DNA from: an uncultured virus (IMG/VR IMGVR_UViG_3300021963_006528)
Lineage: Duplodnaviria; Heunggongvirae; Uroviricota; Caudoviricetes
Length of the DNA: 57,167 bases
Direction: 5' to 3' (one strand)
IMG/VR virus record: IMGVR_UViG_3300021963_006528
Shown piece by piece: positions 9,613 to 18,333 of the stretch. A program made the position numbers and the translations under genes. The first letter of the stretch is position 1; every line of letters starts with the position of its first letter. The notes beneath the pieces are model-generated. The model was not told where the DNA came from and did not search any database. It worked only from the letters and a program-made list of their open reading frames with translations.

Positions 9613-10442
9613 TTCATGTTGTATTAAGGACTTGCAATAGAACCTCTTTACAGTCCGATAGAATAGTTGATAAATCGGAATGTATTTTGAGGTGTTTGAA
9701 TTCTATTATTACTAATCTTAAAGATATATCAGAAAAATCATTACATATTGTTGATGACAATTCTTCTATTGATTTTCAAGATATACTAAAAGAACTAATT
9801 CATCCACACGACTATGTAACAATTGATTTTTTGCCAGCAAGAAACCAAGAAGGGTTATCTGCCAAGAAAAAGTCTAGGTATTCTGTTGAGGTAGCTTACA
9901 GACACATTTATAATTTACCTGATGATGACCTGGTATACATTGTAGAGGATGACTATTTACATTTCCCTAATGCCATTGGTGAAATGATCGAATCATGGAC
10001 ATATCTTTCTAATATTACTGGTCTAGAGATAGGTATTTTTCCACAAGACTTTAATCAGTTATATTATCATCCAAACCATCCACATAATGACACCTACTTT
10101 AGACCTTGTTTGATTGTTCCTACAGAGCATAGATATTATAGAAGCACATGGTACACACAAGAATCATTTATGGTTCAAGCCAAAATATTTAAAAAGTATA
10201 AAGAACACTTTGATAAACTATTAATTATTGGTGAAGAAGAACATCATTGGGAAGGCAACACCATCTCTGCTGTGTGGAATAAACCAGAATTTAAAATGTT
10301 TATGCCAATGGGTTCTTTAGTGGTACACATGTCTAATAAAATGGACATACCTTTTTATGTAACAAAAGAAGAAGTAATTAAATTATGGCAAGAAAACAAA
10401 ACATATTGGTCGTTGGAACAGGATTCTCAGGTTCGGTTATAG
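9609..10442 (+). CDS. Putative GT-A fold glycosyltransferase
   Basis: HIVDDNSS and VYIVEDDYLH (DxD-like) motifs; cassette context. Confidence 0.6.
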   Translation: MIHVVLRTCNRTSLQSDRIVDKSECILRCLNSIITNLKDISEKSLHIVDDNSSIDFQDILKELIHPHDYVTIDFLPARNQEGLSAKKKSRYSVEVAYRHIYNLPDDDLVYIVEDDYLHFPNAIGEMIESWTYLSNITGLEIGIFPQDFNQLYYHPNHPHNDTYFRPCLIVPTEHRYYRSTWYTQESFMVQAKIFKKYKEHFDKLLIIGEEEHHWEGNTISAVWNKPEFKMFMPMGSLVVHMSNKMDIPFYVTKEEVIKLWQENKTYWSLEQDSQVRL

Positions 10443-11386
10443 CCAGAGAACTGGCCGAAAAAGACTATAATGTTACAATCATAGACCAGCGAGAACATGT
10501 TGGTGGTAATTGTTATGATGAAGTAATTGATGGTGTTCGTATTCATCGTTATGGTCCACACATCTTTCATACTAACAATCAAAAAGTATTTGAATGGTTG
10601 TCCCAATACACCGAATGGGTACCTTATCAACACAAAGTCAAGGCACTATATGAAAGCCAGTTTGTAACTCTACCACCTAATAAAGAAACACAAGAAATAT
10701 TAGGTAATAAACTTTTCGATGTACTCTATGTACCCTATACCACAAAGATGTGGGGCTTGCCACCAAATCAAATTGATGATACAATATTGAATCGTGTTAA
10801 AGTAAGAAATGATTTAAACGAACTGTACTTTCCAAATGACAGGTACCAATATTTACCTAAAAATGGGTACACTAAATTATTTGAGAAAATATTAAACCAT
10901 AAAAATATTAAGTTGTGTTTAAATACTCCTTTTAATAAAAGTATGGAAGATGAATATGATTATGTGTTCAATTCTATGGCCATCGATGAGTATTACAATT
11001 ATTGTTATGGAGAGTTACCTTACAGGTCTATTAAATTTCATAATGTGTCACATGTAAATTTTAATATGCCAACAGCAGTAGTTAATTTTACAGACTATGG
11101 ACTGTATACACGAATTACAAACTGGAGTCTGTTTCCCGAACATGGTTCTGGTGAACAATATACATTAGAAGAACCTTGTGATTATAAAGATAATAATTAT
11201 GAACGATACTATCCAGTTAAAGATGTGGATGGTTTGAATCGCAAGATATATAATAAGTATAAGAACCTTAAAAATGATAAGGTCTGTTTTATTGGCCGGT
11301 GCGGTATGTATGTGTATATTGATATGGACATGGCAATCAGTTCATCACTATCAATAGTTGATAATTTTATTAAGGAACAAATATGA
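10385..11386 (+). CDS. glf: UDP-galactopyranose mutase
   Basis: VVGTGFSG FAD motif, HVGGNCYD, HRYGPHIFHT, LPYRS, RYYP, GRCGMYVYIDMD. Confidence 0.9.
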   Translation: MARKQNILVVGTGFSGSVIARELAEKDYNVTIIDQREHVGGNCYDEVIDGVRIHRYGPHIFHTNNQKVFEWLSQYTEWVPYQHKVKALYESQFVTLPPNKETQEILGNKLFDVLYVPYTTKMWGLPPNQIDDTILNRVKVRNDLNELYFPNDRYQYLPKNGYTKLFEKILNHKNIKLCLNTPFNKSMEDEYDYVFNSMAIDEYYNYCYGELPYRSIKFHNVSHVNFNMPTAVVNFTDYGLYTRITNWSLFPEHGSGEQYTLEEPCDYKDNNYERYYPVKDVDGLNRKIYNKYKNLKNDKVCFIGRCGMYVYIDMDMAISSSLSIVDNFIKEQI

Positions 11387-12216
11387 AAAAGATTTTAATT
11401 ATGGGTTTGCCTGGTGCTGGCAAAACATTCTTAGCACAAGCCCTCAAGAATTACCTAGAAAAACATGGCACAACAAATAAGATTGCAGAGATGTTACCTA
11501 TTACAGGATTTAATGCTCAAGTAACTTGGTTTAACGCAGACGAAGTGCGAAAAAAGTACAACGATTGGGACTTTTCCAAAGAAGGTCGTATTCGCCAGTC
11601 ATTAAGAATGGCACAGTTTGCACTTGAAGCTGGTGGTGATTATGTCATTTGCGATTTTGTAGCACCATTGGTTGAAATGCGTAACAACTTTAAAGCCGAT
11701 TGGACTATTTGGGTTGATACTATTAAAGAAGGTCGGTATGAAGATACTAATAAAGCCTTTGTTGAACCTGAAGTTTATGACTTCCGTGTTACAGAACAAA
11801 ATGCCGAGAAGTGGGCTGAGTTTATTGGTAATCATATTATTGAGAATCGCAGGCGGCCAACTTTTGATTGGCAAAAAGAAACAGTACAGATGTTAGGTCG
11901 TTGGCAACCATGGCATGAAGGTCATCGAGCTTTGTTTGAGAGAGCCATTGCCAAAACAGGTCAAGTAGTTATTCAGATTCGTGATTGTCAAGGTTGGCAA
12001 GGTTCTAATCCTTTTGCAATCGAACAAGTTAAATCATATATTCGTAGAGATTTAGATCCCCTGTTTCAAGGTCAATATGAAATTCAAGTGGTTCCTAATA
12101 TTGTAAACATTACCTATGGTCGTGATGTAGGTTATAAAATTGAACAAGAAACATTTGACAAATCTATTACAGATATTTCAGCCACCAAAATTCGTAAAGA
12201 ATTAGGAATTGAGTGA
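11383..12216 (+). CDS. Adenylylsulfate-kinase-like domain fused to a HIGH-motif nucleotidyltransferase domain
   Basis: P-loop GLPGAGKT, NADEVRK, DFSKEGR; C-terminal GRWQPWHEGH and ISATKIR. Confidence 0.75.
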   Translation: MKKILIMGLPGAGKTFLAQALKNYLEKHGTTNKIAEMLPITGFNAQVTWFNADEVRKKYNDWDFSKEGRIRQSLRMAQFALEAGGDYVICDFVAPLVEMRNNFKADWTIWVDTIKEGRYEDTNKAFVEPEVYDFRVTEQNAEKWAEFIGNHIIENRRRPTFDWQKETVQMLGRWQPWHEGHRALFERAIAKTGQVVIQIRDCQGWQGSNPFAIEQVKSYIRRDLDPLFQGQYEIQVVPNIVNITYGRDVGYKIEQETFDKSITDISATKIRKELGIE

Positions 12217-12412
12217 TACTAATTTTAGAAGTTTAATTAAAACAATTACTTGGAGATTAACAGGTAGTTTAAGTACCTTTATAATCTCCTATTTGATTTC
12301 TGGAAACTTAATGGTTGCTGGTTCCATTGCATTGGTTCAAATTACTGCAAATACCATACTTTATTATCTACATGAAAGAATCTGGAATAATGTTAAATGG
12401 GGTAAATTATAA
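12212..12412 (+). CDS. Small membrane protein, DUF2061-like
   Basis: RSLIKTITWR ... LYYLHERIW..VKWG signature; probable GTG/TTG start overlapping the previous stop. Confidence 0.7.
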   Translation, partial: SDTNFRSLIKTITWRLTGSLSTFIISYLISGNLMVAGSIALVQITANTILYYLHERIWNNVKWGKL

Positions 12413-12415
12413 ATA
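12408..12415 (+). promoter_or_regulatory. T4-type late promoter
   Basis: Exact TATAAATA upstream of 12454. Confidence 0.65.
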
Positions 12416-12453
12416 GAGTATAAAACTACCTCACCTTTTCAGGATAGACTCTA

Positions 12454-14193
12454 ATGACCACAAAAATTTCTGGCGTTCAAATACAACCTTTTACAATTGA
12501 AACCACTCAATTAAGTAATACCGCAGTAGCTGCTTTTGCGGTTGCTTTAGCACCTAAAGTACTTTATGCCAATGTGGCCAATAGTGCATTTACTGTACTT
12601 GATGACACAGCCGTTAACGTAGGTGGTGGTTACATTGTAGTAACTGGTAGTGAATTTCAATCTGGCGCAACAGTACTAATAGACACCACTCCAGCATCAG
12701 CAGTTACCTTTGTAAATTCTACAACATTAAGAGTTCAAGTTCCCACTAAGGCGGCCGCATCATACAATCTATATGTTGTTAATCCTGATGGTGGTGTTGG
12801 TGTTAAAGTTTCTGGTATTACATATAGTTCTGAACCATCTTGGGTCACTTCAAGTCCTTTATCTAATCAAGCAGCCAATACTGCCTTTGGTGTTAATCTT
12901 AGTGCTACTGGTGCTGCTTCATATTCTGTAGCGGCAGGTTCCACATTACCAGCCGGTACTTCATTAGCTGCCAATGGATACTTTTCTGGTACTGTTACTA
13001 TTGGAGCTCAAACCACATATTCATTTGATGTTGTGGCTACTGATGCTGAACTCCAAGATTCAAGTAAAACATTCCAAGTAACTGTCACAGTAATACCACA
13101 AATAAGACTATATTCATGGGGACTTAATAATACTGGTGGTTTAGGACTGAATACTGTTTACAATGGTAAATCCAGTCCAACACAAATAGGAACAGATACA
13201 AATTGGAGTTCTACTGGCACTGGTTGTGGAGATAGTAAATCAGTTATTAAAAATGATGGTACTTTATGGGTATGGGGTTCTAATAATTTTGGTCAATTAG
13301 GACAAAATGATACAGCTAATAGGTCCAGTCCAGTACAAGTAGGGTCAGCAACCAATTGGAGTAAGGTTTCAAACGGCACTGGAATGATTTTTATGGCCGT
13401 CAAAACTGATGGTACTTTATGGTGTTGGGGAAGAGATTTTAGAGGAAGTTTAGGACTTACCAACTCTGTAAATATTTCTAAATCCAGTCCAACACAAATA
13501 GGAACAGGAACAAATTGGAGTGATGTATTTTTAGGATTCAATCGCACGTTTGCTATTAAAACCGATGGTACTCTATGGACATGGGGTTATGCTAACCAAC
13601 ATGGTGAAGCTGGATTGAATAACATTTTGTCTTATGGTCAAGGAATATCTAGTCCAACACAAGTAGGATCATCAACAACTTGGGCAGCTGCAACTGCTGG
13701 AGAAGAATGTAGTTATGGAATTAAAACTGATGGTACTTTATGGGCTTGGGGACGTAATAATAATGGTGAATCGGGACTCAATGAAACAATTATGAGATCC
13801 AGTCCAACTCAAGTAGGAACAGGAACAAATTGGAGTTCAATACTTGAGCTTCAAAATGGAGGAAGGTTGGCTGGTGCTATTAAAACTGATGGTACTTTAT
13901 GGACATGGGGAAATAATCTTAGTGGCGTATTGGGACATAATGATGCGGTTACCAAATCCAGTCCAACACAAGTAGCAGGTACAACTTGGCTTAAAGTTGC
14001 AATTTCTTATAAAAATTCGCTTTTTGCAATTAAAACTAACGGCACTTTATGGTCTTGGGGAAATAATCAACACGGTCATTTAGGACATAATGATATAACT
14101 TTTAAATCCTCACCTGTTCAGGTTGGCACAAATACCAATTGGAGTAATGTTTTTGGAGGAGATAATACTGTGTTAGCTCAAACGTCAAATTAA
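12454..14193 (+). CDS. IPT/Ig-like + RCC1-repeat beta-propeller protein, paralog 2
   Basis: Same architecture as 4225..5925; N-terminal ~210 aa highly similar, propeller diverged. Confidence 0.8.
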   Translation: MTTKISGVQIQPFTIETTQLSNTAVAAFAVALAPKVLYANVANSAFTVLDDTAVNVGGGYIVVTGSEFQSGATVLIDTTPASAVTFVNSTTLRVQVPTKAAASYNLYVVNPDGGVGVKVSGITYSSEPSWVTSSPLSNQAANTAFGVNLSATGAASYSVAAGSTLPAGTSLAANGYFSGTVTIGAQTTYSFDVVATDAELQDSSKTFQVTVTVIPQIRLYSWGLNNTGGLGLNTVYNGKSSPTQIGTDTNWSSTGTGCGDSKSVIKNDGTLWVWGSNNFGQLGQNDTANRSSPVQVGSATNWSKVSNGTGMIFMAVKTDGTLWCWGRDFRGSLGLTNSVNISKSSPTQIGTGTNWSDVFLGFNRTFAIKTDGTLWTWGYANQHGEAGLNNILSYGQGISSPTQVGSSTTWAAATAGEECSYGIKTDGTLWAWGRNNNGESGLNETIMRSSPTQVGTGTNWSSILELQNGGRLAGAIKTDGTLWTWGNNLSGVLGHNDAVTKSSPTQVAGTTWLKVAISYKNSLFAIKTNGTLWSWGNNQHGHLGHNDITFKSSPVQVGTNTNWSNVFGGDNTVLAQTSN

Positions 14194-14295
14194 TTAATTA
14201 ACAAAATATTTTCGTTATGACATATTCTCAATTACCTTTTAATGGTCAAACCAAGATAATTAATGGCATAAATAGTTCATTCATACAGGACTATT

Positions 14296-15249
14296 ATGCC
14301 AGCTCCATCTACTAGACAAGAATTTAAAGACTATTGCCTACGCAGGCTTGGATTTCCCGTAATTCAAATTAACGTTGATGACGATCAGGTAGATGATCGC
14401 ATTGACGATGCTTTACAGTTTTTCCACGACTATCATTTTGAGGGTTGTGAAAAGATGTACATGAAGCATAAATTTACACAAGAAGATATTGATAGACGCT
14501 GGATTTATTGTCCAGATCCAGTACTTTTTGTCATTGGAGTTTTACCTTTTGATGACTCTAATTCTTCTGTTAACATGTTCGATTTGCGTTATCAATTACG
14601 CTTGCATGACTTATATGACTTTACATCGGTATCTTATGTGTCATATGAAATTACCATGCAACACATTCGTACCTTAAATCTTTTATTCTCAGGTACTCCT
14701 CAATTCAGATTCAATCGCCATCACAATAAACTATTCCTCGACATTGATTGGGATCGTGATGCAACTGTTGGTGAATATGTTGTTATTGAATGTTATCGCA
14801 AACTAAGTCCTGAATCTGTTACACTTACCGGTACAGTATCAGCAACCAATACAGCCAATACTTTAACAGGCACAGGTACAAAATTTGATCAAGAAATTCT
14901 TGATGGTGATGTAATTACAATTGCAGGTACAGAATTGCAAGTTAATCATATTCTATCACCAACAGAAATACAATTAGTAAAAACTCCAACAGCTAATATT
15001 ACAAATGGTTCAATTGTTAAAGCAGGTATGACTGATGTTTGGGATGACCGATTCTTAAAACGATATGCAACTGCTCTAATTAAATACCAATGGGGTTCCA
15101 ATCTTTCTAAATTTGCTGGCGTACAAATGCCAGGTGGTGTTACACTAGATGGTCCTAGAATTATGGAGGAAGCACAAAAGGAAATTGACAAGATTGAAGA
15201 AGAAATGCAATCATACAATGTTCTTCCTTCCGACTTTATAATGGGTTAA
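14296..15249 (+). CDS. 13: Neck protein gp13
   Basis: YCLRRLGFPVIQINVDDDQVDDRIDDAL; QWGSNLSKF.GVQMPGGVTLDG; CATAAATA at 14267-14274. Confidence 0.9.
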   Translation: MPAPSTRQEFKDYCLRRLGFPVIQINVDDDQVDDRIDDALQFFHDYHFEGCEKMYMKHKFTQEDIDRRWIYCPDPVLFVIGVLPFDDSNSSVNMFDLRYQLRLHDLYDFTSVSYVSYEITMQHIRTLNLLFSGTPQFRFNRHHNKLFLDIDWDRDATVGEYVVIECYRKLSPESVTLTGTVSATNTANTLTGTGTKFDQEILDGDVITIAGTELQVNHILSPTEIQLVKTPTANITNGSIVKAGMTDVWDDRFLKRYATALIKYQWGSNLSKFAGVQMPGGVTLDGPRIMEEAQKEIDKIEEEMQSYNVLPSDFIMG

Positions 15250-15252
15250 AGA

Positions 15253-16203
15253 GTGGCAACTAATTTTTATTTTCAGCCATTTCCACTAGAGCAAATAACT
15301 AACGAGCAGTTGCTTGTTGAAGATTTGGTTATTGAAGCTATGGGTATCTATGGCATGGATGTATATTATCTACCAAGAAGTAGTGGTGGTACTGAAGATA
15401 TGTTGTATGGTGAAGATACGATGAAGCAATATCGTAGCGCTCATCAAATTGAAATGTATCTTGAAAATATTACAGGCATGGAAGGCGAACAAGATTTTAT
15501 TTCTAAATTTGGTTTAGAAATTCGTGATGAAATTACTTTACTCGTTTCTCGCCGTAGATTTAAATATACTGTTGGTGCAACAAACTTTCAAACACCAATT
15601 TTAGGTGATATAACTCCAGAAGAAAATCGAGCACCTATACGGCCTAGAGAAGGCGACTTAATTTATTTACCTTTACTACAAAACTTTTTTGAAATTACTT
15701 TTGTAGAACACGAAAATGACCAAGCTATGTTTTATACATTAGGTCGTGGTCGTGGTGGCAATGTTTATGTTTATTCATTAAAACTTAAACAGTATGTATT
15801 TTCTGAAGAAATTATTGAAACTGGTGTTAGTGAGGTTGATGACCAAGTATTTGATGCCTATAAGAGAACTAGACTTACAGTTAATCTTACAGGCGGTACT
15901 GGTGCATTTGTTCCTGGTGAAATCATTTACCAAGGTACTGATGCAGCTAACGCAGATGTTCAGGCCATTGTACATACTTGGAAAACAGGTCAGTATGTTG
16001 ATGTAATTCGAACAGAAGGTACCTTTGTGGCCAATGTTCGTGTTAAAGGTGCAGAAAGTAATTCAACATGGGTACTGGCGAGTTCTAATGATAAAGTTAC
16101 TCTTGATAATGCCTTTGAAGATATTGCGGATAATAACCGTATTGAAACCGAATCTGATCAGATATTAGACTGGACAGAAACTAATCCATTTGGTGGTGAT
16201 TAA
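15253..16203 (+). CDS. 14: Neck protein gp14
   Basis: EQLLVEDLVIE, DVYYLPR, SKFGLEIRDE, RPREGDLIY, C-terminal NPFG; synteny. Confidence 0.9.
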   Translation: MATNFYFQPFPLEQITNEQLLVEDLVIEAMGIYGMDVYYLPRSSGGTEDMLYGEDTMKQYRSAHQIEMYLENITGMEGEQDFISKFGLEIRDEITLLVSRRRFKYTVGATNFQTPILGDITPEENRAPIRPREGDLIYLPLLQNFFEITFVEHENDQAMFYTLGRGRGGNVYVYSLKLKQYVFSEEIIETGVSEVDDQVFDAYKRTRLTVNLTGGTGAFVPGEIIYQGTDAANADVQAIVHTWKTGQYVDVIRTEGTFVANVRVKGAESNSTWVLASSNDKVTLDNAFEDIADNNRIETESDQILDWTETNPFGGD

Positions 16204-17021
16204 TGCTAGGTCAATCTCATTTTTATAATCGTACAATTCGCAAAATAGTTGTTGCTTTTGGTACTCTGTTTAACGACATACAAGTTCAGAGGTATGCAGG
16301 TACAACACCTAAAGAAATTTTTAAAGTGCCTCTGTCATATGGTGCAAAAGAAAAATATATGACAAGGTTAACTTTCGATCCTGTATTAACCAAATCTATT
16401 GCAACAGCTGTACCTAGAATTTCATTTGATTTAACAGGTATGAATTATGATGTAGGTCGTAAACAAATGAGTATGCTTCGCAATTTTTCATCAAATACTA
16501 CTACAGCATTTAATACTCAATATGCTCCTGTGCCATATGATTTTAATTTTTCAATGTCAATCTATGTTCGCAATACAGAAGATGGTACACAAATTTTAGA
16601 ACAAATATTGCCATTTTTTACACCAGATTTTACAGTCACGGTTGATTTTATTCAACCAATGGATCAAAAGTATGACATGCCTATTATTCTTAATTCTGTA
16701 AATACAACCACAGATTATGAAGGCGACATGATGACTACCAGATTAATTACTTGGGATCTGGAATTTACTGCAAAAGGATATATTTGGCCTGCTGTTAAAA
16801 GTGGTAAAGTTATTCGCCAAGCAAACACAAATATATACTTACAGTCTAATACAACAACATACAATTTAGCAACTGCAATTTCTACAATACCTGATCCGTA
16901 TGATGCTATGCCAGATGATGAGTTTGGTTTCTCTGAAGAAAGATTTGATGAAACTTATCTCATAGCAAATACTGGTGAATATTTAATAACCGAAACAGGC
17001 CTTAGAATAAGAGAAGAATAA
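16203..17021 (+). CDS. 15: Tail sheath stabilizer/terminator gp15
   Basis: FYNRTIRKIVVAFGTLFN, KVPLSYG, QILEQILPFFTP; synteny. Confidence 0.9.
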   Translation: MLGQSHFYNRTIRKIVVAFGTLFNDIQVQRYAGTTPKEIFKVPLSYGAKEKYMTRLTFDPVLTKSIATAVPRISFDLTGMNYDVGRKQMSMLRNFSSNTTTAFNTQYAPVPYDFNFSMSIYVRNTEDGTQILEQILPFFTPDFTVTVDFIQPMDQKYDMPIILNSVNTTTDYEGDMMTTRLITWDLEFTAKGYIWPAVKSGKVIRQANTNIYLQSNTTTYNLATAISTIPDPYDAMPDDEFGFSEERFDETYLIANTGEYLITETGLRIREE

Positions 17022-17023
17022 AA

Positions 17024-17506
17024 ATGGCAAGTAAAACAATAACACAATTAACTGCTTTAGATACTATATCAACAAATTTAGCTAATACACTTTTTGTTGT
17101 TTACGATACCGAAACAGGTACAACTAAAAAAGCATCACTATCACAAATAGATTCTGCCGTTGAAAGGTCAATACAGAATGTAACTTCTGCTGGCGTTTAT
17201 GCTAATGCGGCCTTTGCTAGTGCCAATACAAAACTTTCAGCTAATGGTGGTACAATTACTGGCAATTTAGCTGTCACTTCAAATATTATTACCAGTAATT
17301 TAACTGTTACAGGTGTTTTTACTGTTGATAATGTTGTAGTACAATGGCACACACCAATACCTTTAACATCTAAAGGTGATCCAGGTGATAAAGAAGGTTA
17401 TATTGCTATTGACAATGATAAACTATATCGTTGCGTAGAAAATTATACCAATGGTGCAAACAACATTTGGAAATATATAAACTTTACTGGTGGAACTTGG
17501 GGTTAA
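17024..17506 (+). CDS. Short fibre-like structural protein
   Basis: Contains YANAAFASANTKLSANGGTITGNL, similar to a segment of 1730..4216. Confidence 0.55.
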   Translation: MASKTITQLTALDTISTNLANTLFVVYDTETGTTKKASLSQIDSAVERSIQNVTSAGVYANAAFASANTKLSANGGTITGNLAVTSNIITSNLTVTGVFTVDNVVVQWHTPIPLTSKGDPGDKEGYIAIDNDKLYRCVENYTNGANNIWKYINFTGGTWG

Positions 17507-17510
17507 TTAA

Positions 17511-17888
17511 GTGAAAAAAACTAATGAGAAGTTATCTGAATTATTAAATGTAGAACCAATACCTGTACATACAGAAGTAGTACCTATATTAGATCCTATT
17601 CAAAACGATGCAGAGTTTGCTCGTGAAAATATTCGTGATTTAATTGCCAAAGGTAACGAAGCCATAGATGGCCTACTGCATGTTGCTAAAGAATCGGAAC
17701 ATCCAAGAGCATACGAAGTTGCCGCTAACATGTTAAAACATTTGGCAGACATGAATAAAGATTTAATGGAAGTACAAAAAAGAAAAAAAGATTTAGAACC
17801 TAAGCAATCAAACAATATGAATATTGATAAAGCGGTATTCATAGGATCAACAGAAGATTTAATCAAGATGATTAAGTCTAATAAATAG
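17511..17888 (+). CDS. 16: Terminase small subunit gp16
   Basis: DAEFARENI, ESEHPRAYEV, VFIGSTEDL. Confidence 0.88.
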   Translation: MKKTNEKLSELLNVEPIPVHTEVVPILDPIQNDAEFARENIRDLIAKGNEAIDGLLHVAKESEHPRAYEVAANMLKHLADMNKDLMEVQKRKKDLEPKQSNNMNIDKAVFIGSTEDLIKMIKSNK

Positions 17889-17895
17889 GAATACT

Positions 17896-18330
17896 ATGGA
17901 AACATTAATTGAACAAATGAAAACAATTTTAGGTACAACTTTTGGGTTGTATTTTAAAGCACATGCATTTCATTGGAATGTTGAAGGTCCCGATTTTGCA
18001 CAATATCATGGATTCTTAGAGGATTTTTATGAGTCGGTATATGGCAATGTTGATCCTATTGCAGAACATATTCGAGCCTTAGATTCGTATGCACCGGTAT
18101 CTTTAAGTAGAATGATAGAATTGTCCGACATTGAAGAAAAAGATTCTGTACCAAATGCATTAGCCATGATTGAAGATTTAAAAACTAGTAATGATCGTTA
18201 CATGGTTCATCTGCGTGCTGGTATTGCCGCTGCTGAAAATGCAAATGAGCCAGCAGTAGGTAATTTTTTACAAGATATTTTAGATCAACACCAAAAACAT
18301 GGCTGGATGTTAAGAAGTTTTACAAAGTAA
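17896..18330 (+). CDS. dps: Dps / ferritin-like DNA protection protein
   Basis: AHAFHWNVEGPDFAQYH, D.IAEHIRAL, C-terminal KHGWMLRS. Confidence 0.88.
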   Translation: METLIEQMKTILGTTFGLYFKAHAFHWNVEGPDFAQYHGFLEDFYESVYGNVDPIAEHIRALDSYAPVSLSRMIELSDIEEKDSVPNALAMIEDLKTSNDRYMVHLRAGIAAAENANEPAVGNFLQDILDQHQKHGWMLRSFTK

Positions 18331-18333
18331 ACA

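Noticed and set aside
4860..14190. Recurrent TCCAGTCCA..CAAGTAGGA repeats as a possible CRISPR array or DGR template/variable repeats
   Set aside because: They are degenerate in-frame RCC1 blade repeats; no constant repeat-spacer pattern, no reverse transcriptase in the window, no adenine-specific mismatch pattern noticed
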